Source: Amoebidium appalachense (taxonomy: Eukaryota > Protista > Ichthyosporea). Taken from it: a stretch of DNA of 64,000 nucleotides. The position numbers were made by a program, and so were the translations under genes. The notes beneath the pieces were generated by a model. The model searched no databases. It saw only the letters and a program-made list of their open reading frames with translations, and was not told the DNA's origin. Location of the stretch: the NCBI GenBank assembly GCA_963693365.1, contig CAVNZM010000014.1, positions 5,580,001 to 5,644,000 on the forward strand, written 5' to 3'. Shown here piece after piece: positions 14,787 to 35,489 of the stretch (positions within the stretch are counted from its first letter, which is position 1; the number at the start of each line of letters is the position of its first letter).

Positions 14787-14830
<44 letters not shown>

Positions 14831-15645
14831 TTGTGTGTGTGTGTGTGTGTGTGTGCGTGTGTGTTGGGTGGAGGGGGGGTGGGGGGGGGGGGGTAGGGGG
14901 GGGGTTTTGAATGCGTCAAAAAGTACGAAGTACACAAGAACAAACGGATAACACGATGCAGAATGCAAGCCATACATAAAGAGTATGCATAATAAGCAGA
15001 GCCCATCCTCAGGGGGGGCCCACGTCATCCACAGTACCCGAGTTTCGACCTATTCCCCTCGTTAACGAAACCCAACTCAGATACTGTTTCACTTGAACAT
15101 GAGTAGGTCACCCGTCTTGATCAGAGACGAGCAGGGTTGCTTATGCAGGCAAGGGCAGTGGGAAAGGCCGGGGGTTAAAGTTGCAGCAGTAAGCAGAAGC
15201 AAGAAAAATATAGATAGGAACTCAGGAGACGGGGCTTCTAGGAAGCTCCCCCGTCGATACCTAAGTCGATAGGGGTAGGGGGGGGGGGGGGGTGGTAGGT
15301 GACGTAGAGGATAGAAAGGTGCAAAGGTATAAAGGTACAACGGTCTAAAGTAACAAAGGTATAAAGGTATTAAGGTTTAAAGTAACAAAGGTATAAAGGT
15401 ATTAAGGTGTAAAGGTACAAAGGTACTAAAGTATAAAGGTACAAAGGTACAAAGGTGTAAAGGTAGAGGTATAATGGTAGAGTTGTAAAACGTTGAAAAG
15501 GAGCAGGAAAATGGCACAAGATGATATGGGGCTAAATGTCGTGTTGGTGTGTCGTGTCGCATGCATTCATGTTCGCACACCGTGATTGTGCTCTTGCAGG
15601 TGGGAGGGGGGTGAGGAGGGAGAAGATAAGATAAATATCGAATGA

Positions 15646-15683
<38 letters not shown>

Positions 15684-15833
15684 TCATAGAAGACGTACAG
15701 GATAGAAAGGTACAAAGGTGGAAAGGTGGAACAGATTGTGTGTGTGTGTGTGTGTGTGTGTGCCTACGTGCACGTATAAGTGTGTGAGAGTAGGGGGGTG
15801 GGGTGGGGGGAGGGGGGAGGGGGTGGGGTGGGT

Positions 15834-15888
<55 letters not shown>

Positions 15889-15979
15889 AATGCCATTTGC
15901 CTGCAGGCGATTACATTACTGACCATAACCTAGGGGCCTTGCCTTTTCCTGCTGTCGATTGCTGTATGTGTCGTAGCCC

Positions 15980-16063
<84 letters not shown>

Positions 16064-16508
16064 GCATGCCTGCTTGTGGCTACCCAAATTATCGTGTGTG
16101 GTGTGCGAGGGGAGGTGTGAATGGAGAGGGGGGATCGGGGGGGGGGGGGGGGGGGGGGGGGGGAATGATAAATATAGAATGAGAAGCGGGTGTGTGTGCG
16201 TGGAAAGGTAGAAGAGGTTACGGATTACAGGGGGGAGAGAGTGGTTGTGTGTGTTGTGCCTTCCGTGTATGTGTGTCCGGGGGGGGGGGGGGGGGGGGGG
16301 GGGGTTCGTAAAAGAGAGCCTGTAGATGTATCCACAGAGACGGACACAACCGATGGTGTGTGTGTGTGTGGGTTTGGGGGAGGGGGAGGGGGGGGGGGGG
16401 GGGGCTGTCTGTGCATAGAAATGTGGAAAGGTTCAAGGTGGAAGAGAGAGGGGAAAAGAAGAGGGAGTTGGAGATAGCTGGGGGACGGGTGGAAAGAAGG
16501 GGGAGGCT

Positions 16509-16549
<41 letters not shown>

Positions 16550-16794
16550 TCCATCATAGGGCACGTAAAGGATAGAAAGGTACAAAGATGGAAAGGTAGA
16601 ACAGATTTTGTGTGCGTGCGTCCGTGTGTGAGATGTGCACGTGTGTGTGCGAGGGTATTGGGGGAGGGGAGGGGGGGGGGGGGGGGGGGGGGGAGGGGGG
16701 GGTCCAATTGCTTGCAAGCAATCACCTTACACCGACCGGCCATAACCTAGGGGCCTCCAACTTCTCCCTCTGTCGATAGCTGCAGTGTTGTAGC

Positions 16795-16844
<50 letters not shown>

Positions 16845-16943
16845 CCTGTTTGTGGCTGCTCGCAAGATCGTATGTGGTGTGCGATGGAAGGTGTGGGTAG
16901 AGAGGGGGGAGAGATGTTATGATAAATATTTAACGAGGAACGG

Positions 16944-16985
<42 letters not shown>

Positions 16986-17060
16986 CTGCTCGTATGTGGT
17001 GTGCGATGGAAGGTGTGGGTAGAGAGCGGGGAGAGATGTTATGATAAATATTGAACGAGG

Positions 17061-17148
<88 letters not shown>

Positions 17149-17524
17149 GGGTGGAGGGGGGGGGGGGGGGGGGGGGGGGGGGTGGTAGGAGACGTAGAGG
17201 ATAGAAAGGTGCAAAGGCATAAAGGTACGAAGGTCTAAAGTAACAAAGGTATAAAGGTATTAAGATCTAAAGTAACAAAGGTATAAAGGTATTAAGGTGT
17301 AAAGGTACTAAAGTATAAAGGTACAAAGGTGTAAAGGTAGGTATAATGGTAGAGTTGTAAAACGTTGAAAAGTAGCAAGGGAGCAGGAAAATGGCACAAG
17401 ATAATATGGGGCTGTATGTCGTTTGGTGTGTCGTGTCGCATGCATTCATGTTCGCACACCGTGATTGTGCTCTTGCAGGTGGGAGGGGGGTGAGGAGGCA
17501 GAAGATAAGATAAATATCGAATGA

Positions 17525-17565
<41 letters not shown>

Positions 17566-17806
17566 TCATAGAAGACGTACAGGATAGAAAAAAGGTACAA
17601 AGGTGGAAAGGTGGAACAGATTGTGTGTGTGTGTGTGTGTGTGTGTGCCTACGTGCACGTATAAGTGTGTGAGAGTAGGGGGAGGGGGGAGGGGGGGGGG
17701 GGGGGGGCAAATGCCAATTGCCTGCAGGCGATTGATTACCTTACTGACCAGCCATAACCTAGGGGCCTTGCCTCTTCCTGCTGTCGATTGCTGTATGTGT
17801 CGTAGC

Positions 17807-17856
<50 letters not shown>

Positions 17857-18099
17857 TGTGTGTGTGCATGCCTGCTTGTGGCTACTCAAATTATCGTGTG
17901 TGGTGTGCGAGGGGAGGTGTGAATGGCGAGGGGGGATCGGGGGGGATCCCGGGGAGGGAGGGGGGGGGGGGGGGGGGGGGGGGGGAATGATAAATATAGA
18001 ATGAGAAGCGGGTGTGTGTGCGTGGAAAGGTAGAAGAGGTTACGGATTCGAGGGGGGAGGGAGTGGTTGTGTGTGTTGTGTCTTCCGTGTATGTGTGTC

Positions 18100-18135
<36 letters not shown>

Positions 18136-18443
18136 CGTAAAAGAGAGCCTGTAGATGTATCCACAGAGACAGACACAACCGATGGTGTGTGTGTGTGTGG
18201 GTTTGGGGGAGGGGGGGGGGGGAGGGAGGGGGGGGGGAGTGGGGGACTGTCTGTGCATAGAAATGTGGAAAGGTTCAAGGTGCAAGAGAGAGGGGAAAAG
18301 AAGAGGGAGTTGGAGATAGCTGGGGGAGGGGGTGGAAAGGGGAGGAGGCTCGGCCAAATGCCTGCAAGCAAATACCTCACTGACCAGCCATAACCTAGGG
18401 GTCCCGACCTGCCCCTGCTGTCAATAGCTGTATGTGTCGTAGT

Positions 18444-18504
<61 letters not shown>

Positions 18505-18632
18505 ATGCCTTTTTGTGGCTGCCCACATGATCGTGTGTGGTGTGCGAGGGGAGGTGTGGGTGGAGAGGGGGAGGGAAGGGGGAGAAGAAATGATAAATAT
18601 TGAGTGAGAGGCGGGGAGGGGTGTGTGTGTGT

Positions 18633-18698
<66 letters not shown>

Positions 18699-19105
18699 GA
18701 TTGGAGCCGGAAAGGATTGAAAGGTACAAAATGTAAAGGTATAAAGGTAGAGTTGTATACGTGGAAGGAAGTAAGGATGCATGTGCGCACACCGGGCTTG
18801 AGCCTTGGAGAGGGTTTAGGGGGATGAACGGGGAGAAGATATGGTAAATACTGATTGAATGAGAGGGGACAAAGGGGGGCAACACGTTAGGAGATGTAAA
18901 GGATAGAAAGGTACAAAGGTGGAAAGGTAGAAGAGGTTACGGATTACAGGGGGGAGGAAGGGGGGGGGGGGGGGGGGGGTTGCATGTGTTGTGCCTTCCT
19001 TTTATGTGTGTCCGGGAAGGAGGGGGGGGGGGGGGGTTCGTAAAAGAGAGCCTGTAGATGTATCCACAGAGACAGACACAACCGATGGTGTGTGTGTGTG
19101 TGGGT

Positions 19106-19152
<47 letters not shown>

Positions 19153-19373
19153 GGGGAGGGGGGGGGGGAGGGGGAGGCTGTCTGTGCATAGAAATGTGGA
19201 CAGGTTCAAGGTGCAAGAGAGAGGGGAAAAGAAGAGGGAGTTGGAGATAGCTGGGGGAGGGGTGGAAAGGGGGGGAGGCTCGGCCAAATGCCTGCAAGCA
19301 AATACCTCACTTACCAGCCATAACCTAGGGGTCCCGACCTGCCCCTGCTGTCAATAGCTGTATGTGTCGTAGT

Positions 19374-19437
<64 letters not shown>

Positions 19438-19573
19438 CATGCCTTTTTGTGGCTGCCCACATGATCGTGTGTGGTGTGCGAGGGGAGGTGTGGGTGGAGA
19501 GGGGGAGGGAAGGGGGAGAAGAAATGATAAATATTGAGTGAGAGGCGGGGAGGGGTGTGTATGTGTGTGTGTG

Positions 19574-19606
<33 letters not shown>

Positions 19607-19958
19607 GATTGGAGCCGTAAAGGATTGAAAGGTACAAAATGTAAAGGTATAAAGGTAGAGTTGTACAAAGGTAAAAATAGCAAGGGAGAAAGGAAAAGGC
19701 ACGTGGAAGGAAGTAAGGATGCATGTGCGCACACCGGGCTTGAGCCTTGGAGAGGGGGGAGGGGGATGAACGGAGAGAAGATATGATAAATACTGATTGA
19801 ATGAGAGGGGACAAAATGGGGCAACACGTTAGGAGACGTAAAGGATAGAAAGGTACAAAGGTGGAAAGGTAGAAGAGGTTACGGATTACAGGGGGGAGGA
19901 AGGGGGGGGGGGGGGGGGTTTGCGTGTGTTGTGCCTTCCTTTTATGTGTGTCCGGGAA

Positions 19959-19994
<36 letters not shown>

Positions 19995-20350
19995 CTGTCT
20001 GTGCATAGAAACGTGGAAAGGTTCAAAGGTGGAAGAGAGAGGGGAAGAGGGAGTTGGAGATAGTTGGGGGGAGGGGGGGGGGGGGGGGGGGGGGGGAAGG
20101 GGGGAGGCTCCGCCAAATGCCTGCAAGCAATTACCTCACTGACCGACCATAACCTAGGGGTCCCGACCTGCTCCTGCTGTCAATAGCTGTATGTGTCGTA
20201 GTCCTGTGTGTGTGTGTGTGTGTATGTGTGTATGTGTGTGTGTGTGTGTGTGTGCGCGCGCGCGCGCGTGTGTGTGTGCTTTGTCTGCCTTTTGGTGGCT
20301 GCCCGCGTGATCGTTTGTGGTGTGCGAGGGGAAGGGTAAGTGGAGAGTTT
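12700..20350. repeat. Modular satellite-like array (9 units of about 0.6-1.7 kb)
   Basis: Core CATAACCTAGGGG at 12742, 13387, 14191, 15924, 16741, 17753, 18389, 19319 and 20148, interleaved with (GT)n, poly-G and an AAAGGT(AC/AT/GT) 8-mer minisatellite. Confidence 0.9.
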
Positions 20351-20431
20351 GTGGGGGGGGGGGGGGGGGGGGGGGGGACTGGACCATAATACGGGGGGGG
20401 GGGGGGGGTCTGGGTGTTCTTTTCGGTGCTG

Positions 20432-20522
<91 letters not shown>

Positions 20523-20707
20523 TGTTCGTGTGTGGTGTGTCCGGAGAGGGGAAGGTGGGTTTGGGGAGGGGGGGGGGGGGGGGGGGGGGGAAGAGAGAGA
20601 GAGAGAGAGAGCAAAGGGATCATGGAAGAAGCACGATATCGCTGGACCATAGTACGGAAGGGGTCTGGGTGTTCTTTTCGCTGTTGGTGTGCATATATAT
20701 ATTTATA

Positions 20708-20772
<65 letters not shown>

Positions 20773-21182
20773 TGTGTGGTGTTTGTGTGTGCACGTACGA
20801 GTGCGAGTGCGAGTGAGCCTATGCCTGCACACATTTTGTGTGTATGTGGTGTGTGTGCATATGAGGTACATCGGAGCTAATGTGTTTGCGCATCTGTGTA
20901 CGTGTGGGGCCTTGATTTTTGGGTCGGTGTATATGTTTAAGGAATGAGTGCCGTGTCCGTTTCCACGGCAATGAATGCCGAGAGGGAGAGGGGGGGGGGG
21001 GAGGTATATGCGTTAGAGAGGGGAACTTGCCGAGGCAAAGGAATTCAGAATCATATACACAAAAAACATAAAGGCAAAAACCAGTAAATAAAAATTGTTC
21101 AGGCAAGAGATACTTATATAGGACCCATTGGGAGGATGGCAGTTGAAGCAGGTAAAAGCTTAAGAGCCACGTAGAATACAAA

Positions 21183-21767
21183 CACGGTTCAAAGGCAGAG
21201 TATGTGAGACATACAAATAAAACATACACCTGACGAAGGGGAGGGGGGAGGGGGGGTTATTTAGAACCCCAAAATGAAGACCAGTATAATACGCAGAAGG
21301 GGAGGGGAGGGGTGGAGAGGGGGGAGCTTAGGAAGAAGGCAGGAATGATTGCAATAGGCAGAAGAGTGGAAACGGGGGGGGGGGGGGGGGGGGGGGGGGG
21401 CAAAAGTAAAAACGTTTGCCGCGAACATGAAGACTGCAACAACTGGATGCCAGCAGTCATCAAAATCGATAACGGTTCAAAAGCAGAGTATGCGAGACAT
21501 ACAAATAAAACATACACCTGACGAAGGGGAGGGGGGAGGGGGGTTATTTAGAACCCCAAAATGAAGACCAGTATAATACGCAGAAGGGGAGGGGTGGGGT
21601 GGAGAGGGGGAGCTTAGGAAGAAGGCAGGAATGATTGCAATAGGCAGAAGAGTGGAAACGGGGGGGGGGAGGGGGGGGGGGGGGGAGGGGGGGGCAAAAG
21701 TAAAAACGTTTGCCGCGAACATGAGGACTGCAACAACTGGATGCCAGCAGTCATCAAAATCGATAAC
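21183..21767. repeat. Near-perfect tandem duplication of about 290 bp
   Basis: acggttcaaa...gagacatacaaataaaacatacacctgacg...catcaaaatcgataac occurs twice head-to-tail. Confidence 0.9.
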
Positions 21768-22242
21768 TGCTGAACGAGGGAGAAAGCGGGTGGTGGTAGC
21801 ACAAGGGAGGGGGACAGACACAAAGCAATCAGCAGCCAGAAAGAAAAGAGAAAGGATGATGGCACTTCTGTTTGAAGACTAGGCCACCAGGGCCTTCCCG
21901 GGGGGGGGGGGGGGGGGGGGGGGGGGGTTTCGAACGGTGCAAAATATACGTGGGGACGCTCGTTCGTACAGCTGTCTGGGAGAGCAGGGGTCCTCCGTGG
22001 GGATTTGTGAGGAAGAGACGAAGAGGACCAGCACAAATTTACTGTTGCGAAAAACAGGAGAAGAAGTTGGAGAATAACAAACACGAAGACAACATCAGAG
22101 AGGGAAGGAACAGAGAGAGGAGCAGGGTTAGGCCTCCCCCCCCCCCCCCCCCCAAGCCCCCTGCGTCTCTGGAGTACCTCATTCCCCTCCTCTTTCTCGG
22201 TGCCGTTCCCTCACTCCCTCACTCTCTCCATCTCTCTTTCTT

Positions 22243-22308
<66 letters not shown>

Positions 22309-25064
22309 CCCCCCCCCCCCCCCCCCCCCCTCCCTCCCTCCCTCATTCCCTCTCTCCAAAACACAAAGCCAACCACATGCAGAGATAAGAATAAAAGAGA
22401 AGCATTACGTTTGACTTTCTCCTCTACCCTTAAAAAAGTATACACACGCACGCAGCACACACAGAGGCAACCCAGGGGACAAATATCCATTTACGCCTGC
22501 CATTACCAGGTTAACCTGTGAAACAAGCAGGAGGTATTCCCCATGAGGCACGAAATAAAAAAAAAATTGCAGACGCAGGTGCATAGGACATAACAGGCAA
22601 GTCTGAATACGCGTGGTAGATGACGATGGAGAGTGACTTGCAACAACAACAGAACCAGTTCACCATATACCAACACTCCCAAGATGCAGCCCCAAAATTA
22701 ACAGTACCTTAAAGCTGTTGCGTTAACCCGCGAAAAGAACGCCGTCCAAAACAAGGTGTGTGCTGTGTGCTGAAGAGCTCGAGACCTGCCCTGTCTGCTC
22801 CTTACTCGTTCTTTGAAGCGCATGAGCGATGTGTAAAATATGTAGACAGAAAGTCGACTTGGGAAAACCTCCGCAAGTAATATATGGAAGCATTATGGAA
22901 CCGTTATTCCTGTTTCGTTCTAATCGTCCTCGTTGTGATTACTTTGTGATAAGCAGATGTTATCGAGTTATCAGTTTTGATTGGCAAAAAAGTTTCTGCC
23001 GCTATGTCCCACAACTAGTCCCACAATCAAATCCTGCAATCGGGGTGATGGGTTGAGCCGTTTTTTTTACCTTCCTGAGCAGAAAGCCTTCCATTTTTGG
23101 TTATTTCATCTTAGCTTTTTCTAGCTAATGGTGCTGTTACTCCATTGGTGGGAATGACTACAATGGGCGACCAATCAGGTAATCCCCCCCCTTTCCACCC
23201 TTTCTCCATTTCTCCCCTCTCCGCTCTCTTGGCTCGTTCTCTTCCTTTTGCACGCTTCCCTTGACCCGGCTCGATCTCTCTTCCCGCTCTTCCTCTGACC
23301 CGATACGTTGCCCCTGCACTCCTCTGCACCTCTCTCCGCCATCCAATCACCCGCGTGCATATTCCTGCTCTTTCGCCCCGACTATCCCACATACTTCCCT
23401 GGCCAATCAACGCACAGTGGGTGTCCCTCCCCTACGTGTGTGCCTCCCCCACTACCGCTAGAGGCTGATCCATGAGATTTGCACAGGAAATCGAATTTAA
23501 GTGCTTGTCGTGAGCGTTTGGGCAAACTTTGATAAATCAAGCTTTGAAATGTTTTCCATATATGCTTCAACTATGCCTTGCACGATTGGTGGAATGAGAA
23601 CCGTCTTTTGATTTCCAGTCGCCCACAAACTCCGGAAGCAACGAAGATGCTCTACAAAAGGTCTAAGCTTGCACTATTGATAGTTCTATAGTATCTGTTT
23701 TAGCTTTCACAAGTTTATTTGTAAATATTTCTTTTATTTTATTTTAAATAGTGTACATTCAATCGCCATGTGTGAATCTGCCCGCATATGCATGCTGTTT
23801 TCCCCCCGACGCGTGGCCCGTGGGCGACGGGCCGACGGCCCGACCGTCTTACTGCCAACCCCAAGTAAGACCCCAAGGCTCCAATCAGCATCTTGAGTTG
23901 CATTGTGCGTGTAGATTATTTGATTGGATGTAACACACTACATGTAACGCGGCGGGCGGCGCGAGTACATGAATTCCTGACTTTCTATTTAGTGTGTTAT
24001 GATTGACTTGTGAACAAAGTAAAAAGGCTGTATTCATAAATGTGACTTGAGAGCTGATATGATAGCTTTTACCTAGAAATGTTCGCTTTAAATTTGGTGA
24101 CTGCACATCTTGCTCCGCGGCCGGGCCGGCCGCCGGTCCCCAGTGGACTCCCCATGATGGTGATAATCGGTGCGAGCGCGTATTTCCATTGGCTACATCA
24201 GCACCACTTTTTCGGTGTAGGGGGATTTGTTTTTCAACTTTGGTGTTTGAACAGAATATTAAGAACATCATTTATACAGCAAATTCTTCCTTATTTTCAT
24301 ATACGTATAGCTGAAATTATTTGGTAGCATATACATACATTATTACATATTTGATGTACCATATACCTGCAAAACTGAAACGAGTACTAGTGTATTTGTC
24401 GAATTTCTGATATGGAAACGCCATTTCAAATTTGAAATGTAGTGCTCCAGGGAGAATGCTGCTCGTCACGGATATCGATCCTGATTCCTGAGTTTCTCGC
24501 GGGCGAGTCGTGTCAACTTCAATTGTTTTTTGTACTTGGCAAACCTTCCGCTATCGGTACTATACTATGATAGGCAAAACAAAGTTCATAGACACGGTGA
24601 CGTTGTTCTCTATATCATATAATTTAAATCTTTCTGCCCCAGTCGTAAACCTTAGCTCTGAGAGAGCCCAGTGTTTGACCCAAAGGCTGAAACGAGAGGG
24701 GTCGCTTATGTTTACTGTGGAAACGTCCGCTTGATATTATTTTTTTTTCTTCATCATTTCAGGAGGGCAGACACGAACAAGAGGAACAAAATATATTAGA
24801 GCAGAGATGCACGCTATTTGCAATTAGTTCTTAATATACATCTCTTAACCACGTTAAAACGGTCATGCTAGATGGTCGTTCCATGCTCCAGGTGAGCATG
24901 GTAAAGAGCCGGTAACTTGGCAACACAGGTGTACGAGAGTAAAATCAAAGAACTAAGACATATACCTACTTATGTGATATTTACACTCAGCTAAACTTCA
25001 CACTCACATTTTTATTATTTTCATAAATCAGTAATAGAACCCTACGCAAGGGGATACGATTACC

Positions 25065-32184
<7,120 letters not shown>

Positions 32185-32457
32185 CGGGGTCACTCCATTT
32201 GTGATTTTCACGCCTCTCCACTCCAGTTTGGTACTATGTACATGTCGAAGAAAAACTACCCAATCACACACTTGAAAACTGGTTTGCGATCGCATCGTGA
32301 ACGTGCATTCCAAGTGATATAGTTACCCTGACAAACGAGCAATGGAAATGATTGTCTCATATTCAACCCCTTAGCTTTTTTTTTGATCTCCTTCTTTCCT
32401 ATTCTCTCTATCCCCCCCCCCCCCCCCCCTCTCTCTCTCTCTCTCCCCCCCCCTTCC

Positions 32458-32492
<35 letters not shown>

Positions 32493-32860
32493 CCCTGTGA
32501 CCCTGCAATCAGTACTTGAATGTTCCAACTTTATTGGCAGAAACTTTGTGTACAGCTTGATGTAAATTGGATCGTTATTTCTCCGTGGGTGTTCTCTTAG
32601 CCGTTAATACTCAATTTCAGGGATGATGAAGAGTATTGTGTAGGACCGCAACCACAAAAACCACAATCATTTAGAAGTATAGCAAGTAGTAGTAAGGAGA
32701 TTTGCCCATGGGTGGGTTGGCGTGGTTGGTGGTGGTGGTGGAAGCGGGGGGAGGGGGGGGGGGGGGGGGGGGGGATAGCAGTTAATGAAATATTGCTCTT
32801 TGTGACCGAATAGATGGTCGAGCCATACATGGAAATTGCTGCGATTTGAACTTAATTTAA

Positions 32861-33078
32861 GGAGCAAGGGTTCAAAACAGGCTACGCACCCCGTCAGACT
32901 AGTACTAGCAAAATTTAGCCGCCGCCGGCTGAGATTGCTATGATATGTGACGTTTACCGATTTTTTACTAAATATGGTAGCAAGTCGGTGTGACGTCATA
33001 CACCATAGCAATCTTAGCCGCCGGCGGCTAAATTTTGCTAGTCTGACAGGGTACGTAGTCTGTTTGAACCCTTAGTCG
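32861..33078. mobile_element. Fold-back MITE-like element, arms of about 95 bp, flanked by TTAA
   Basis: aagggttcaaaacaggctacgcaccccgtcagactag...agcaaaatttagccgcc...gattgctatg mirrors the right arm; TTAA at 32857-32860 and 33079-33082. Confidence 0.75.
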
Positions 33079-33338
33079 TTAAAAGGGTGAGTATGCATCT
33101 AATCATGTCTATATATGGGCATCATGCCTACTTAGTCTAGTGTAGATTTAGAGTATAAAATTGAAGGGGTTAGATGTTTACCTTGAGGTTGACTAATGTA
33201 GCATTTGCGATAATCATCCAATAAGTGATACAGAAATATTATAATGCTTTGGGGTTTTCACGCTTGTGGCTTTATGGCGGTAAATTTTAAACTTTGCATA
33301 CAGCGTCCTGGTTGGCGCCACTCTTCATAAGTCTGTGA

Positions 33339-33371
33339 CACGGCCATCTAGGGTGTTTCTAGATGGCCGTG
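33339..33371. mobile_element. 33-bp perfect hairpin (13-bp arms) between 8-bp direct repeats
   Basis: GTCTGTGA-CACGGCCATCTAG-ggtgttt-CTAGATGGCCGTG-GTCTGTGA. Confidence 0.65.
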
Positions 33372-34151
33372 GTCTGTGAATATGTGATGTCACTTCTGAT
33401 CAAACATTCATTGGGTCTGGGCAAAGCCACGACTGAATAAACTTGTTAACAGTTGCGTCTTTAGACCACATACAGTGTATGAAAAACTTTAGATTGTTGT
33501 ATGTATGCATACAATGTGCACGGGTGCAGCACCAATGAGTAACCACGCAGGGGCCGGAGGGGATGGATGGCATATTAATGGTCCCTTCCCCTTCTGTATG
33601 GGCTAGCCAGAGGGGTCATGCAATTTATAAGTCTGGGCTGTACCCAGTATATATTCGAAACCCAGAACCACGGCCTTGGATATTGATGCTACCAAAATGT
33701 AATGGTGTTACTAAAAATAGAATTTTCGAGACGGCCGTGTCCAGAACAGGGACCGAGAGCAGTTTTTTTTTTTTAAATTTGTCGATGGAAGATGTGGCGA
33801 TTGGCTGGCATAGCGTCTTTATTCATCAGAGCTGACCAATCATTGACCCCCCCCTCCCCCCCCTCCCCAAAAGAAAAAACAAAAAACAAAACAAAAACCA
33901 ACAGTAACCAGGCCATACATTAGAGAACCGACTCGAAAAATAACCATACTAGGCTATTCAACACGTTCATGTATCTATGCTTGTATGTACGTGTACGTGG
34001 CCATTTCTTTGCCTTTTATTTCAACTTATCCTTTACCGTTTTTTTTTTAAAACGCCCAGTCCTGTACGGCTGGTTGGAGTGGGTTAACTTAGACCTTACC
34101 CGCCAACACAACCAAACGTGCATGGGTGCATGTGAATGTGTGTGCAAGTGC

Positions 34152-34189
<38 letters not shown>

Positions 34190-34287
34190 CGTGCACGTTT
34201 GTGGGGATGTCTCCACCCCGTTCACTCACAAACGTTTCACACGAACACAAATGCGCGTGTGTGCATGTGTGTGTGTGCACGTGTAAC

Positions 34288-34405
34288 CTAGAGCTCGAGG
34301 TGGCGGTGCACGTGCTCGTGGTAGAGGGCAGCAAGACGGTCCATGGCATGGTCCAGGTTCTCGAGGTAGAGCGTGCCGACCCGCTTGTACTGCATGGCCT
34401 GTGTA

Positions 34406-34449
<44 letters not shown>

Positions 34450-34453
34450 CTTT

Positions 34454-34484
<31 letters not shown>

Positions 34485-34486
34485 TT

Positions 34487-34529
<43 letters not shown>

Positions 34530-35307
34530 ATGACAGTGGACAGGTCACGAATAGAGAAAACGCAACAGGTGTTGTCAGCCAAAACGAAAACAAAAGCGAG
34601 CCAAACAAAACAACACGAAAAGGCAAAGAGGATGCAGACTCCACAACCAAACACCTGATGTCACTGATTTCTAGAACAGATCCCAATCCAGAATAAGCTC
34701 CCATACCCTCGCAACGACCCGACCCAGTGGATTTTTTTTTTTGGGGGGGGGGGGGAGGACACAATACCTGGAAGAGGATGACGATGATGCCCACGTAGGA
34801 GATCACCCACACGGCCGAGCGCACAACAGGGATGCCGAGCACGTACACGGGCACGTACAGCATGCGGCTCACGAGGTACGCACGCGCACCAAGCAGCGTG
34901 GTCTTGTTGCTGATCCCACGCTCACGTGCGGCCTAAAAAATGGAAATGTGTTGTGAGTGGCTGGTTCTCTCTGTCCGCCCCTCCAAGCTCCCCCCCCCCC
35001 TCCCCCCCCCCGCCTTTTCCCCCTTTCTGCACACACACACACACACCACACACAAACATGACAGAAAAAGGCCAACAAGATCGACAACAACCGGACATAT
35101 GCCGCCCTCCCGTTCTTCTTCCCTCCCCTCCCCTCCCCCCCTCCCCCCCCCCCCCCCCCCAAAAAAAAAAAAAAAAACCACAGAACACACACAAAAAAAA
35201 AATCACCTGCAACGAACAAAGTGGTATTTTTTTGCTACACTGATTCACACGCTCACGTCGAATGTGAGGTGGGGAAATGGGAATTTCGTGTGTTTGTGTG
35301 TGTGTGT

Positions 35308-35338
<31 letters not shown>

Positions 35339-35458
35339 GGGCACATTACCAACACTGCGATGGCAAAGAAGATGAGAGAATGCCTGGTGTTGTCGAGGGT
35401 CCTCTCCAGACGTGCCTGTAGGCAAGAACAAAGAAAGGGGTTGTGTATGTATGTATAT

Positions 35459-35489
<31 letters not shown>

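Noticed and set aside
12700-20350. CRISPR-like array (recurring ~30-bp core)
   Set aside because: Spacers are 0.6-1.7 kb and related to each other, there are no cas genes, and the context is eukaryotic.
23817-23850. GC-rich hairpin GGCCCGT-gggcg-ACGGGCC as a Helitron 3' end
   Set aside because: No CTRR terminus at the expected distance and no other Helitron evidence.
24422-24439. 18-bp perfect palindrome CATTTCAAATTTGAAATG
   Set aside because: Single, AT-rich, with no TSD or second copy in the window.
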